Below, one piece after another: positions 50,756-62,879 of a stretch of 64,000 nt of DNA (positions within the stretch are counted from its first letter, which is position 1; each line of letters begins with the position of its first letter). The translations under genes and the position numbers were made by a program. The DNA comes from Malacoraja senta. Taxonomy: Eukaryota. The stretch is from NCBI GenBank assembly GCA_038087875.1, contig JAXLNO010004994.1:1-64000 (forward strand), read 5' to 3'. Under the pieces are notes generated by a model that was not told the DNA's origin, did not search any database, and saw only the letters and a program-made list of their open reading frames with translations.

Positions 50756-52021
50756 CTGTTGGAACAAAGAAATAAAAGTCAGTTTCACTGTTTTTCACTT
50801 GCAGTTGAACAAAGGAGTATGGTTTTCCGATGTGAGTAGTTGATAGGCTTAAAAGACAGGATAATGTTTCTTCAGTGTGGGTTGAGTAAATGGGAGATGT
50901 TACGACAAGCAGGCGGGCTGGTAAAAACTCTGGCGCCAGGTGTAGACGGCACAGTGGCGCAGCGGTAGACTTGCTGCCTTACAACGCCAGAGACCCGGGT
51001 TCGATCCTGAATACGGATGTACGGAATTTTTACCACCTCCCTGTGACCGTGTGGGTGTTCTCCAAGTGCTCCTGTCCCCCTCCACCTCCCCCCTCCCCAT
51101 CCCCCTCCCCCTCCCCCCCCCTGCATTACAAAGTCGTGCACGTTTGCCAGTTCATTGGCTTTGTAAATGGTCTCCATGGAACTAGTGTACTGGTGAATAC
51201 TGGACGGTGTGCACCGAGTGGGTCGAAGAGCCTGTTTCCACGCTGTATCCATAAACTAATCTAAAGGGTGCAATTTCACTTGAGACTTGTGAGAAGTGTT
51301 GCTTGGGATGAAACATTGCAGTTATGGGGAGGGGTTGGATAGGGTTTTTTATAAAATTCCATGCAGGACAGGTGAGGAAGGGGAAACCAATTACAGGTGT
51401 GCAAAAACTCTGAGCTGCATAGACAGTGGATTTTTGGGAAATGTTGCACGACAGATATGTGTAAATGTGGAGAACACATGGTTAAGTTAAGGAGCAGGAT
51501 GTTTCAAGGGTATCAAGAAATATTTTTAAACCCAGAAGGTGGAGGTACCTGAATTGCTGCAATGGACGAGGTGCTGGTAAATGGGATACCGTCGTCAAGG
51601 ATTTAACTGTGGCCACATTTACTGATAATGTCTGAACCCTTACCATATCTGTGTATGGATCATGTGGTGGGAAAGTGAATGTGCTTGGACTGATGTCACT
51701 GCAAACCTAGTTTAAAGCTGTGTAAATGCAAGAGGGAACTCTATACAGGATGCTAGCCTACACCAACACTAGGGATTCTATTTCTGGAACCCAACAACCA
51801 AGTACTGACAAATGAGCCATAATTCCATATATTAATCTTGATAAATTAATTAAATAACGTGCAGGGATTTCAGGGTGACGGAGGTTATGAGGAGAAAGCA
51901 GGAGAATGGGGAAGATAGATCAGCCATGATTGAATTGTCTATTTCTGCTTCTATCACTTGTAATCTGATGAACCCCCCACCCGCACTTCCCCTTCTTCTC
52001 CTCATTCCCCCCACTACTTAC

Positions 52022-52342
52022 CAGTGCCGTTGATTTTCACTAGAAAACTGCAGGGCACGTCACTGCTGGAGATGGACACGTTGACCATTTCACTGGATTT
52101 TGTTCCATTATTATTGGAGGCTGTGCAATAATATTGATGGTGCTGGTGTTTGAATGATTGACAATGCAGATCCAGGGCATTTTGGTCTGAGATCTTTGAA
52201 TCCACAGATGGGGTCTTTTCATACCAGCTGTAGCTAATGGGCGGTGATCCGCTGACCGACTCACATGACACTGTCACTGAGCCCCCGAGACAGGAGACAT
52301 TGGCTGGTGACAGAAATCCAAGCACAGGAACAGACACGGGGT
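52022..52342 (-). CDS. Gene A C2a exon (intact)
   Basis: tcccacag|AC CCC GTG ... ACT G|GTAAGT; 321 nt open. Confidence 0.9.
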
Positions 52343-53531
52343 CTGTGGGAAAGGAGCAAACAGTCAGACAACTGAGTGAACATCTGAAAATCAAACACTC
52401 ACCAATATCCACCATCTCTGTATCTTAGCCAGAGCCGCCATTTTGGAATCTGACCCATCCATCTACATAGAATCATAGAGTCATACAACATAGAAACAGG
52501 CTCTTCGGTCTAACTTGCCCGTGCTGACCAACACGCCCAATGTACACTAGTTCCACCTGCCCTTTCTTGGCCCTTAACCCACTAAACATATCATATTCAT
52601 GTACATGTCCAATATTTTATTAAATGTTACGATAGTACCTGCCATAACTACTTCTGTTGGCAGTTCGTTTCATGTGCCTACCAACCTTTGTGTAAAAACG
52701 TTACTCCCCAGGTTCCTGTTAAATCATTCCCCCCTCATATTAAAACCATGTCCTCCGGTTCTCGATTTCCCTACTCTGAGCAAAAGGCTGTGTATTAACT
52801 CGATCTATTCCTCGCATGATTTTTTACCTGCCATAAGATCATCCCTCATCCTCCTGCGCTCCAAGAAATAAAGTCCTAATCTGCTCAATCCCTCCCTGAG
52901 TGTCAAGTCATCGCAACATCCTTGTAAGTCTTCCCTGTACCTTCTCCTCACAATTTAACAGATTTGAACATCTCTGTGTCTCTCCATCCACCCAGCTGGC
53001 AGAACTACCATGTCTGCCACTGCACCAACACACAGCAGCACCATCTGTCTTTGTTTTATATTTCCAGCATCTGCAGTTAATCTTCTTTTAATCTGAAACT
53101 CTGCCACAATTCTACAATACCAACATTCAAACACTTCATTAGTGCAACAGTATCATTATCAACAACTTTTAAATTTCCTTGTATACAATTGTTGATAGTG
53201 ATAATGTTGCACTAATGAGGTGTGTGAATGGCGGTATTGTAGAATTATGTGTAGGGAGCGAATGGGAAAGTGGAATAACATAGAACTAGTGTGACCGGTG
53301 ATTGCTAGTCGGTGTGGACTCGGTGGGCCGAAGGATCCATTTCCATGTTGCATTTGTAACCTACAACTAAATATCCCGGTGACATTTTTCTGTAACCTCT
53401 CCAAACCTTTCACATCTTTTGTTTTATAAAGCGGCGACCAGAACTGTGCACCAGGCTCCCATATGTGACCCAACAAATGTTTTATGCAGATGCCAAAGTC
53501 GAGACATGAAGTCATTCACTGAGAAACCTAC

Positions 53532-53843
53532 CTTCAGATACTTGGAGATGTACTTTAAATGTTGGTTCGCCAGGTGTAATAATTCCACATCTGTACCATC
53601 CTGTAACTCCAGAGTGAAGATCCTCCACAGTCACAGTAAATATTCCTCGTGCCGGGTTATCTGTGATTGACACTCTTCCGCTCTGTCCATGTTTCCCATT
53701 TGTTTCCACTATATGTGTACATTGGCGACTTGTCCCAGGGCACCTGCATTTTGTGTGTGAGCGGTACACTGCTGCATAGTGACAATCGATTGAGATCGCT
53801 CTTCCCACAACCCCTCGTACTTCGCTCTCTGCCCACAGTGCAC
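53532..53843 (-). CDS. Gene A V exon V7 (open, but core Trp->Arg and Asp->Val)
   Basis: 312 nt with splice sites; KCRCPG instead of KYWCPG, and VTGWYRC instead of DTGWYRC. Confidence 0.75.
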
Positions 53844-54739
53844 CTGAAACTGAAGGAAAATTCTTTCATAGATTGAAGAGCAAAATTAGTCTTTCACAAA
53901 CATATACATTATAGTATACATCAATATATACAGGGGAGTCCGCCCAATGATTTTCTTAACTCTGTTGAATTCCACCTAGATTGCGATGAGAGACAGATAC
54001 TGTACACCGTCCCTCACCATCTGCACATCGTTCCAAAGCGCTTCCCAGCCAATGTGGGTGTGAATGGTGAATAATGATGCATTGAACACGGAGCCTGTTG
54101 CAATTGGAAGGTAATGTCTTGGGAGTCTTGGTGAGTTGCTGCAGTGCATCGTGCAGATGGTGCAAACTGCTGCTGCTCTGCATCAACGGGGTGTCTATCA
54201 AGTACGACTCTGGGTCATGACAGACCAAACACAAGTGTTCGGCGAAATTGTAGCCTCGGCCAGTGCTGCTTAAACTGATGAATGGTTTACCCAAGGGCGA
54301 ATGAAATTATTTTGGGGTGAATGAGTTAATTCATGTTTTTTGCTCATGTGACAAAATAAATTATATATAAAATTATGCACACGTGAAAATAAGATGATAA
54401 TAACCAAAAAAACATAAGAATATTTTGTGGAGGGTGAATTAAATCTTGTAATAAAGACTCAAGGGTTAATGGCACTGAAATAGTTTAAGAAACGCTGGCA
54501 TTGTATAAGCTTGGTGTCTCTGATGTAAACCATTCACACTCTATTCTGGACTTCCAATCTGAACGTCTCCACGCCTACTGGGAGTTCATTTCAAAATTAT
54601 CTTTGACAAAAGTAAGGGTTATACTTGATGGAGTGACGGCCAAGTGACTCCACCTAAATTTTGTGAGATTACTGGAATTCCAGTGATTCACACAAATTAA
54701 CAGAGTTAAAATCATGAACATGATCATGAAATTGTACAT

Positions 54740-55199
54740 AGGTACACAAAAATGCTGGAGAAACTCAGCGGGTGCAGCTGCCTCTATGGAGCGAAGGAAA
54801 TAGGTAACGTTTCGGGCCGAAACCCTTCTTCAGACTGATAGGGGGTGGGGAGAAGAAAGGAAAAAAGGAAAAGGCGGAGGAGGAGCCCGAGGGCTGGGGG
54901 AGGGGAGGAGACAACCAGATGGCTGATGAAGGGGAGGGGACAGCCAGGGCTTGCAGAATTGGGAGAATTCAACGTTCAGGCCACCAGGATGTAGACTGCC
55001 CAAGCGGAATATGAGGTGCATTTCCTCCAATTTACGGTGTTGCTCGCTGTGGCCATGGAGGAGACCCAGGACAGAGAGGTCAGATACGGAATGGGAGGGG
55101 GAGTTGAAGTGCTGAGCCACCGGGAGTTCAGGTTGGTTATTGCGGACCGACCGGAGGTGTTCGACGAAACGATCGCCAAGCCTCCGCTTGGTCTCACAT
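54740..55199 (-). mobile_element. Gene-A-specific Penelope-like insertion
   Basis: TKRRLGDRFVEH..LIFRLGSL translation; empty site in gene B (gtacatccttgattg); acat at both ends. Confidence 0.85.
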
Positions 55200-55561
55200 C
55201 CTTGATTGTAAATGATGGCGGATCCAAACAGGATGCATTTGGTTGCTTTCAATGTCTCAAAGTGACTGTGAGACCTTAAGCGGCAGCCAAGCGGCATTTT
55301 TAAGGCAGAAGGCAGACATTTGATGGAGTGCACTCAACCCTTTGTGACAAGTGCATGTCTTTCTCTCCTTTGCTGAAATTGCTCAACACCTCCATGGTGG
55401 AAGCAACGGGCAATTATTTGCCAGTCCCCCAAACAAACTCTCGCATTTTACACCATGAGCTCACGATGGCTGCAATGATGCCGTCTGCAAATAACAAGAA
55501 ATCATGAACATCACCACAAGGTGAATAGCAGCAGGTTCAGGGACACGAGAGGAACACTCAC

Positions 55562-55881
55562 CTGCACTGTTCATTTCTGTCACATAACTGCACGTTCCTG
55601 CTCCTTTGAAGACTTTCACCTTGACTATTTCACTGGATTTTGTCTCACGATTATTTGCGGCTGTGCAGTAATATCGAAGGTGTTCACCTCTGAGGATTTC
55701 ACAACTCAGATCCAGTTGATTGCCTTTCAAGATCGTAGAAACCCAATGCTCGTTTTCTCAAACCATGTGTAATGGATGGGAAGGGATCCACGGAGAGACT
55801 CACAGGACAATGACACTGAGCCTCCAAGACGTGAGGAATTTGCTGCTGACAGATAACTGAGCACAGGAGCAGACATGGTTT
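55562..55881 (-). pseudogene. Gene A C2b exon with a 1-nt deletion
   Basis: 320 nt; ctcgttttctc vs ctcgttcttctc in gene B; reads WFEKTSIGFLRS*. Confidence 0.8.
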
Positions 55882-58293
55882 CTGTGGGAATGGAGCAAAT
55901 ATTCAGTCACCTGTATGAATTGTTAAAAACCAAACACTTGCTAAATCTCAGCAGCACTTATCTCAGCCCGAGCCGTCCGGTTGATACCTCACCGGCTCCT
56001 CTACATCTCTGGGAGTGTGCGAAACGCAGAAACCGAAGAAGGTTAGAGTTATAGAGAACCGAAAGATGCCCATCACAACAGCTCATTAATGCCGACCAAC
56101 ATGTCTTTCTATGACATTTCCATATGTCCGCGTTTCTCATTTATCACTCGCAATGATCCCAATCTACGCAAATATCCAAAATTTATTTTAAACGCTGCTA
56201 TTCTAACTGCCTCAACAACTTCCCCTGGCAGCAGGTTCCATGTACATATTACCCAATGTGTGGAAAATGTTGTCCCTCAGAACATATGTTGGATGTTATG
56301 TTTCAGTTGTACATATGTTGTTGAGGTCGAACTTGTGCGAATTGTGTTCAGCTTCCGCCACTCAGCTGTACAAAACATGCAATTACGGTCAATTGCACCT
56401 TACTATTCCTTCCTCTTTAAATAGTTCCCATTACCTCTGTCCTCCACTTTTTGATTCCACACATCGTGGGAAAATGAACATGCCTTCTCGTGATTGTTAC
56501 ATTTCTATAAGTTCCTCTCTCAATCATTTCCACACTAAGGGATGAAGTCTGAGTTTGTCAATCGCTCCCTGCGTCAATCCCATCCTGTCCAGGCAACGTC
56601 GCCCTTAAACCTTTCTGCTCGCTGTCCATCTCAACTTTTCTTGGAGCTGAGTGATTGAAGCTGAACACAATTCCCAAAGTGTGGACTGAACATCTGCACG
56701 TCTGAAGCATATTATCTCAAATTATATTCTGAATGTTCTCACTGATGAAGACAAGCGTGCCAAAAACACAATTCAATGCCTTGTAATTTAATCGCGAAAA
56801 CTAATTACGATCGCTTTAAGAGAGACACAAAATGCTGGGGGAACTCAGCGGAGCAGGCTGCATCTCTCGAGAGAAGGAGTGCGTGAAGTTTCGGATCGAG
56901 ACCCTTCTCCAGCCTGACAGTCATGTTCTGGGTGACAGAAGAGAAATGGAAGGGTAAGATGTTAAAACAAGTGATCAAAGGTGACAATGTTAAAGGGAAA
57001 TGTAGAATGAATCATTGTCAGCTGAAGGGAAGGTGACAACGAGGCATACAATCAGTAAAATATTATAAGGTGAATCTAATTGGAGGTTTCGGATGGGGGC
57101 GGGATGGAAAGGAGTAAAGCAAGGGTTACTTGAAGTTCGAGATGTCAATATTCAAACCGCTGGGTTGTAAGCTGCCCAAGCGAAATATGAGGCGCTGTTT
57201 TTCCAATTTGCCTTAGGCCTCACTCTGACACTGGAGGAGGTCCAGGACGGAAAGATCAGTTTGGGAATGGGAGGGGGAATAAAAGTGTTTAGCAATCGGG
57301 ATGTAGCGTAGGCCGAGGCAGACTGAGCGGAGTTGTTCAGCGTAACGATCGCCGAGTCTGCGCTTGGTCTCCCATCTACTATATCCGCTTGTTCACATCT
57401 GGAACAGCGGATAGAGTAGATGAGGTTAGAGGAGATGCAAGTGAACCTCTGCCTCACCCGAAAAGACTGTTGAGGCCCATGGACGGAGTAAAGGGGGGGA
57501 TATATAGTGACTGGTGTTGCATCTCCTGCAGTTGTAGGGGAAGGTACCTGGGGACGGGGGGAGGGGGGGGGGGACGAGTTGACCAGGGAGTTGCGGAGGG
57601 AACGCAAAAAGCGATGGAGATGGAAAGATGTGACTAGTTGTGGCATCCCGTTGTAGGTGGCGCAAATGTCGGAGGAATATATGCTGTGTGCGACGGCTGA
57701 TGGGGCGAAAGATGAGTTTATTCTGCTTACGAACGGGGAAATGTCCGGGAGGAGAAGCTGGCTGGCTGCCGGGCGGTGGGTGGACAATGGCTGCTGGTAG
57801 TGGGGGCGCATTGACTGGGCAGAGGGAGAGAGAGAGCGTGCGCGGGGTGCGGAGGGGGTGACTGATTCCTGAGGTGGGGGCGGGAAGCGGGCTGGCTGCC
57901 CCGGGAGGACTGAACGCAGTCTGTGGAGCTCTGGGGACTGATTCCCTGTTTATGAATCTGCGGGTATTCAGACGGCGAGCAACACTTGTTTCTCACTGAT
58001 CTGTCGGATTATTAGTTTGAGTCGGAATGCAAACCTCTGACAGGGTGATATTTCATACAATTCAGAGGCAGGGAAATGTGTTGAGTGTCTTGAAGTGGGT
58101 GGCCGCTCAATGGGACAGAGCCCGCACTGGGTGAGAGCAAACATGAGTGGGGTTTCCAGACCCTCGCCCGCTCCCCGCAGGCCTCTGCACTGCTGCGGAG
58201 CCTCGAGATATCGGTGCTGCCCTGACCCTTCCCGGAGAAAACATGGATCAGGCTTTTCAGTGGAGACATTAAGGCAATCGCTGCGAAACGTAC

Positions 58294-58608
58294 CGTCAGA
58301 TACTTGGAGATGTACGGGAAACAATGGATGTTCGGTGGATGCTGTGGTTCCACACCTGTACCATCCTGTATCTCCAGAGTGAAGATCTTCCACAGTCACA
58401 GTAAATATTCTTAGTGCCGATATATCTGTGATTGACACTCTTCCACTCCGTCCGTGTTGCCCATTTGTTTCCACCATATCTGTACATTGGCGACTCCACC
58501 CACGGCACCAGTATTTTGTGTTTGAGCGGTAATCTGCTGCATAGTGACAATCGATTGTGATCGCTCTTCCCACAACACCTGTTACATTCCTCTCTCCCCA
58601 TACTGCAG
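58294..58608 (-). CDS. Gene A V exon V8
   Basis: atttcag|CT GCA GTA TGG ... GAC G|GTACGT; 315 nt open. Confidence 0.9.
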
Positions 58609-60999
58609 CTGAAATGGAGGGGAAAAACTTTCAGATGGAGAGCAAATGAACTGTTTAATGGTAATAGATACATTTTGAAGATTACATGAAAAACATAATC
58701 GTTCCATGATGTGTCATATTGCTTCACGACCAATGTATCCGGTATGAAGTGCGGCAGTGCTGTTATTGTATCAGTTGAGTCAGTGTTCTACCCCCCGGTC
58801 AGTACAATTTGGGTTCACTTCTCACTCCAGATCCCTCAGCAGAAACTGGGCTGGGATTGCAGTGCGGCACTGAGGGAGCGCGGCAGTGTTGCAGGAGCTG
58901 CCTATCAACAATCCCAGGCGATACCCGGCCTATTCCCTTCAGAAAGACCCCATTTTGCTATTTCAGTTTCGGCGCTGCCAACATTCATCTCTCAACCGAC
59001 ACTGGGCCGTACCCGTGTTTAGAAATTCACCGCAACCACTGCCTTTACAACCCCCTGACTGAGTACGGACGGGTTACAATAAAGCGGGTCCTTACTGGAG
59101 AGCGTTACTAGCGTGAAAACGCACACCGCCAGATTCACTGTACGTCGGTACTCGTGACAATAAACTAAACTGAATTGTGAGCCCAATGTCCCGCTGCTCA
59201 TCTGGGACAGGTTTTATTCCCAATGACCCCGGCTCGCCCTGGACAATTCAGCACGACTGGGCCACGGATCCGAGAGAGGATGGAGAGAGAGTTGGGGGTG
59301 GGTGGATAGAGCGAGGACAGTGGTTCAGTCTCAGACTCCGGGGAATTGTTGGGTTTGCGACACAGTTGAGCCGGACAAATGCTGGGAATGTTTGAACTGA
59401 CACAATGAGTCCACAATCCTGACTTCCACCTCCTTGGTAAACACATTTTAAAAGTGTAGAATTAACTTACAGATGACGTTGGAACCTCTCGCCTTCGGTC
59501 CAGGTGTCTTGCAGTATCTGCTTCAAATTTCTTCGCTATTTTAAGCCTTTCATTTATCACCAGGATGCAATTCGACCATGTGTCAACAGTGGTTAAACTA
59601 CGAACATTGTGTAGATATTCAAGTGTGATTTCAGATCCATCACCACAATGCACTGAGTTCCATTTCCCCCATTACATGTCTATACACAGTTAACCATCTC
59701 TGCTGTGGAAAACGAATTTACGATCCCTTTAAGATAGACACAAAATTCTGGAGTAACGCAACGGAGCAGGCAGCATCTCTCGAAAGAAGGAATGGGTGAC
59801 GTTTCCTGTCGAGACCCATCTTCAGCCTGAGAATCATGGGACAGGGAGACAGAAGATAAATGGAAAGGTAAGGTGTGAAAACAAGTGATCAAAGGTGAAA
59901 AGAAAATGGACAATGGATCATTGTGAGCTGAAGGGAAGGTGACAACGAGGCATACAATAAGTAAAATAAAATCAGTTTGACTGTGCAACTAACTGGAGAG
60001 CTAGGATGGTGGCGGGATGGGGACAGGAGTAAAGCAAGGGTTCCTTGAAGTTAGAGAAGTCAATATTCAAACCGATGGGTTGTAAGTTGCCCAGGTGCTT
60101 TTCCTCCTATTTACTTTGGATAGTGGAGGAGGTCCAGGACGGAAAGTTGAGTTTGGGGACGGGAGGGGGAATTAAAGTGTTTAGCAATCGGGAAGTAGCG
60201 TAGGCCGAAGCAGACTGAGCGGAGTTATTCAGCGAAACGATCGCCGAGTCTGCGCTTGGTCTCGCCGATATATAGTAGTTCACATCTGGAACAGCGGATG
60301 TACTAGGTGAGCAAGGAGGAGATGCAAGTGAATCCTCACCCGGAAAGATTGTTGCAGACCTTGGAGGGAGCAGAGGAAGGAGGTATCGAGACAGGTGATC
60401 TATCTCCTGCAGTTGTCGGGGAAGGTACTTGGGGAGGGGATGGGTTTTTTTGGGGGGGGGGAGGATGGACGTTGACCAGGGAGTTACGGAAGGAACGGTC
60501 TCTTCGGAAAGCAGAAAGCGGTGGAGATGGAAAGATGTGGCTAGTTGTGGGATCGCGTTGGAGGTGGCGAAAATGTTGGAGGATTATGTGTTGTGTGCGA
60601 CGGCTGATGGGGTGAAAGATGAGTTTATTCTGCTTACCACCGGGGAAATGTCCGGGTGGAGAGGTTGGCTGACTGCCGGGCGGTGGGTGGACAGTTGCTG
60701 CTGGAGATGGGGGCGCATTGACGGGGCAGAGGGAGAGAGAGAGAGCGCGGGGTTTGGGAGGGAATGGCTGATCCCCGAGGTGAGGGCGGGAAGCGGGATG
60801 GCCTACCCCGGGAGGACTGATCGCAGTCTATTGAGCTCTGGGGACTGATTTTTTTAAACTCTCGTGGTATTCAGACCGTGAGCAACACTTGTTTCTCACT
60901 GATCTGTCGGATTATTAGTTTGAGTCGAAATGCAAACTTCTGACAGGGTGACATTTCATACAGTTCAGAGGAAGGGAAATGTGCTGAGCATTCCACTTG

Positions 61000-62365
61000 A
61001 AGTGAAAAGTGAAGTGAATGAGAAGTTAAATTCCACTTTTCAAAAAAGGAGCGATAGAAAAAACGGGGAATTATAGACCAGTTAGCCTGACTTCGGTGGT
61101 GGGAAAGATGCTGGTGTCAATTATTAAAGAGGTAATAATGGGGCATTTCGATAGCAGTAAAAGGATTAGTCCAAGTCAGCATGGATTTATGAAAATCATG
61201 TTTGACTAATCTTCTGGATTTTTTTGAGGATGTGACAAGTAAAATGGATGTAGGGGAGCCAGTGGATGTAGTGTAACTAGACTTTCAGAAAGCCTTTGAT
61301 AAGGACCCGCCCGAGGGAATGGTGACTAAAATTAGAGCGATTGGTGTTGGGGGTAGGGTGTTGACGTGGGTGGTGTTGGGGCCGCAACTGTTTACCATAT
61401 ATATTAATGATTTGGAAGAGGGAATTAGGAGCAACACTAGCAAGTTTGCGGATGACACAAAGCTGGATGGCAGTGTGAACTGTGAAGAGGACGTTAGGAG
61501 GTTGCAGGACAGGTTGACCGAGTGGGCAGATGCGTGGCAGTATAATATAGATAAATGTGAGGTTATCCACTTTGGTGGCAAAAACAAGGGGGCAGATTAT
61601 TATCACAACCGGGTTAGGTTAGGTAAGGGGGAGGAACAGCGAGACCTGGGTGTCCTTGTACACCGGTCATTGAAAGTTGGCTTGCAGGTACAGCAGGCAG
61701 TGAAGAAAGCTAATGGAATGTTGGCCTTCATAACAAGAGAATTTCAGTATAGGAGTAGAGAGGTTCTTCTGCAGTTGTATAGGGCTCTGGAAAGACCACA
61801 TCTGGAGTATTGCGTACAGTTTTGGTCTCCTAATTTGTGGAAGGACATCCTTGTGATTGAGGCAGTGCAGCATAGGTTCACGAGATTGATCCCTGGGATG
61901 GCGGGTCTGTCTTATGAGGAAAGATTGAAAAGACTAGGCTTGTATTCACTGGAGTTTAGAAGGATGAGGGGATATCTTATAGAAACACATAAAATTGTAA
62001 AAGGACTAGACAAGCTAGATGCAGGAAAAATGTTCCCAATGTTGGGCGAGTCCAGAACCAGGGGCCACAGTCTTAGAATAAAGGGGAGGCCATTTAAGAC
62101 TGAGGTGAGAAAAAACGTTTTCACCCAGAGAGTTGTGAATTTGTGGCATTCCCTGCCACAGAGGACAGTGGACGCCAAATCCCTGGATGGATTTAACAGA
62201 GTCAGATAGAGCTCCAGGGTCTAGTGGAATCAAGGGATATGGGGAGAAGGCAGGCACAGGTTATTGATTGGGGACGATCAGCCATGATCGCAATGAATGT
62301 CGGTGCTGGCTCGAAGGGCCGAATGGCCTCCTCCTGCACCTATTTTCTATGTTTCTATGTTTCTA
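61000..62365 (+). mobile_element. CR1 LINE 3' part (paralogue of 31329-32796)
   Basis: 296-aa RT-region ORF, same flanks and tail. Confidence 0.92.
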
Positions 62366-62564
62366 AGTGGGTGGCCGCTCAATGGGGCAGACCCCGCACA
62401 GGGTGAGAGCAAAATGAGTGCGGTTTCCCGACCCCTGCCCGCTCCCCGCAGGTCTCTGCACTGCTGCGGAGTCTCGGGATATCGGTGCTGCCCTGCCCCT
62501 TCCCAGAGAAAACATGGATCAGGCATTTCAGTGGAGACATCAAGTCAATCGCTGCGAAACGTAC

Positions 62565-62879
62565 CGTCAGATACTTGGAGTTCTACGTTTAACATTGGAC
62601 GGCCGTTAGATGCTGTAATTCCACACCTGTACCATCCTGTATCTCCAGAGTGAAGATCCTCCACAGTCAAAGTAAATATTCCTCGTGCCGGGTTATCTGT
62701 GATTGACACTCTTCCACTCCGTCCGTGTAGCCCATTTGTTTGCACCATATCTGTACATTGGCGACTCTAAACACGGCACCAGTATTTTGGGTGTGAGCGG
62801 TACTCTGCTGCATAGTGACAATCGATTGTGATCGCTCTTCCCACATCTCCTGTTACATACGTCTCTCCCCACACTGCAG
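62565..62879 (-). pseudogene. Gene A V exon V9 with a nonsense codon
   Basis: 315 nt with splice sites; TAG at 62767-62769 (KYWCRV*); F-strand Cys intact. Confidence 0.88.

Larger units (their letters stand above)
46962..52120. repeat. 2.58-kb tandem duplication (46962-49541 / 49542-52120)
   Basis: Constant 2580/2579 offset, only a handful of substitutions, junction ttattggag|ggttttttatg. Confidence 0.93.

Noticed and set aside
57968-58293. 108-codon read-through after V8
   Set aside because: The paralogous V4 intron stops within a few codons; GC-rich intron sequence is open by chance.
132-62879. Rearranging antigen-receptor V segments (Ig/TCR/NAR)
   Set aside because: Each V exon ends in a GT splice donor, I saw no heptamer-nonamer RSS, and the KYWC..C signature points to the CD300/pIgR family.
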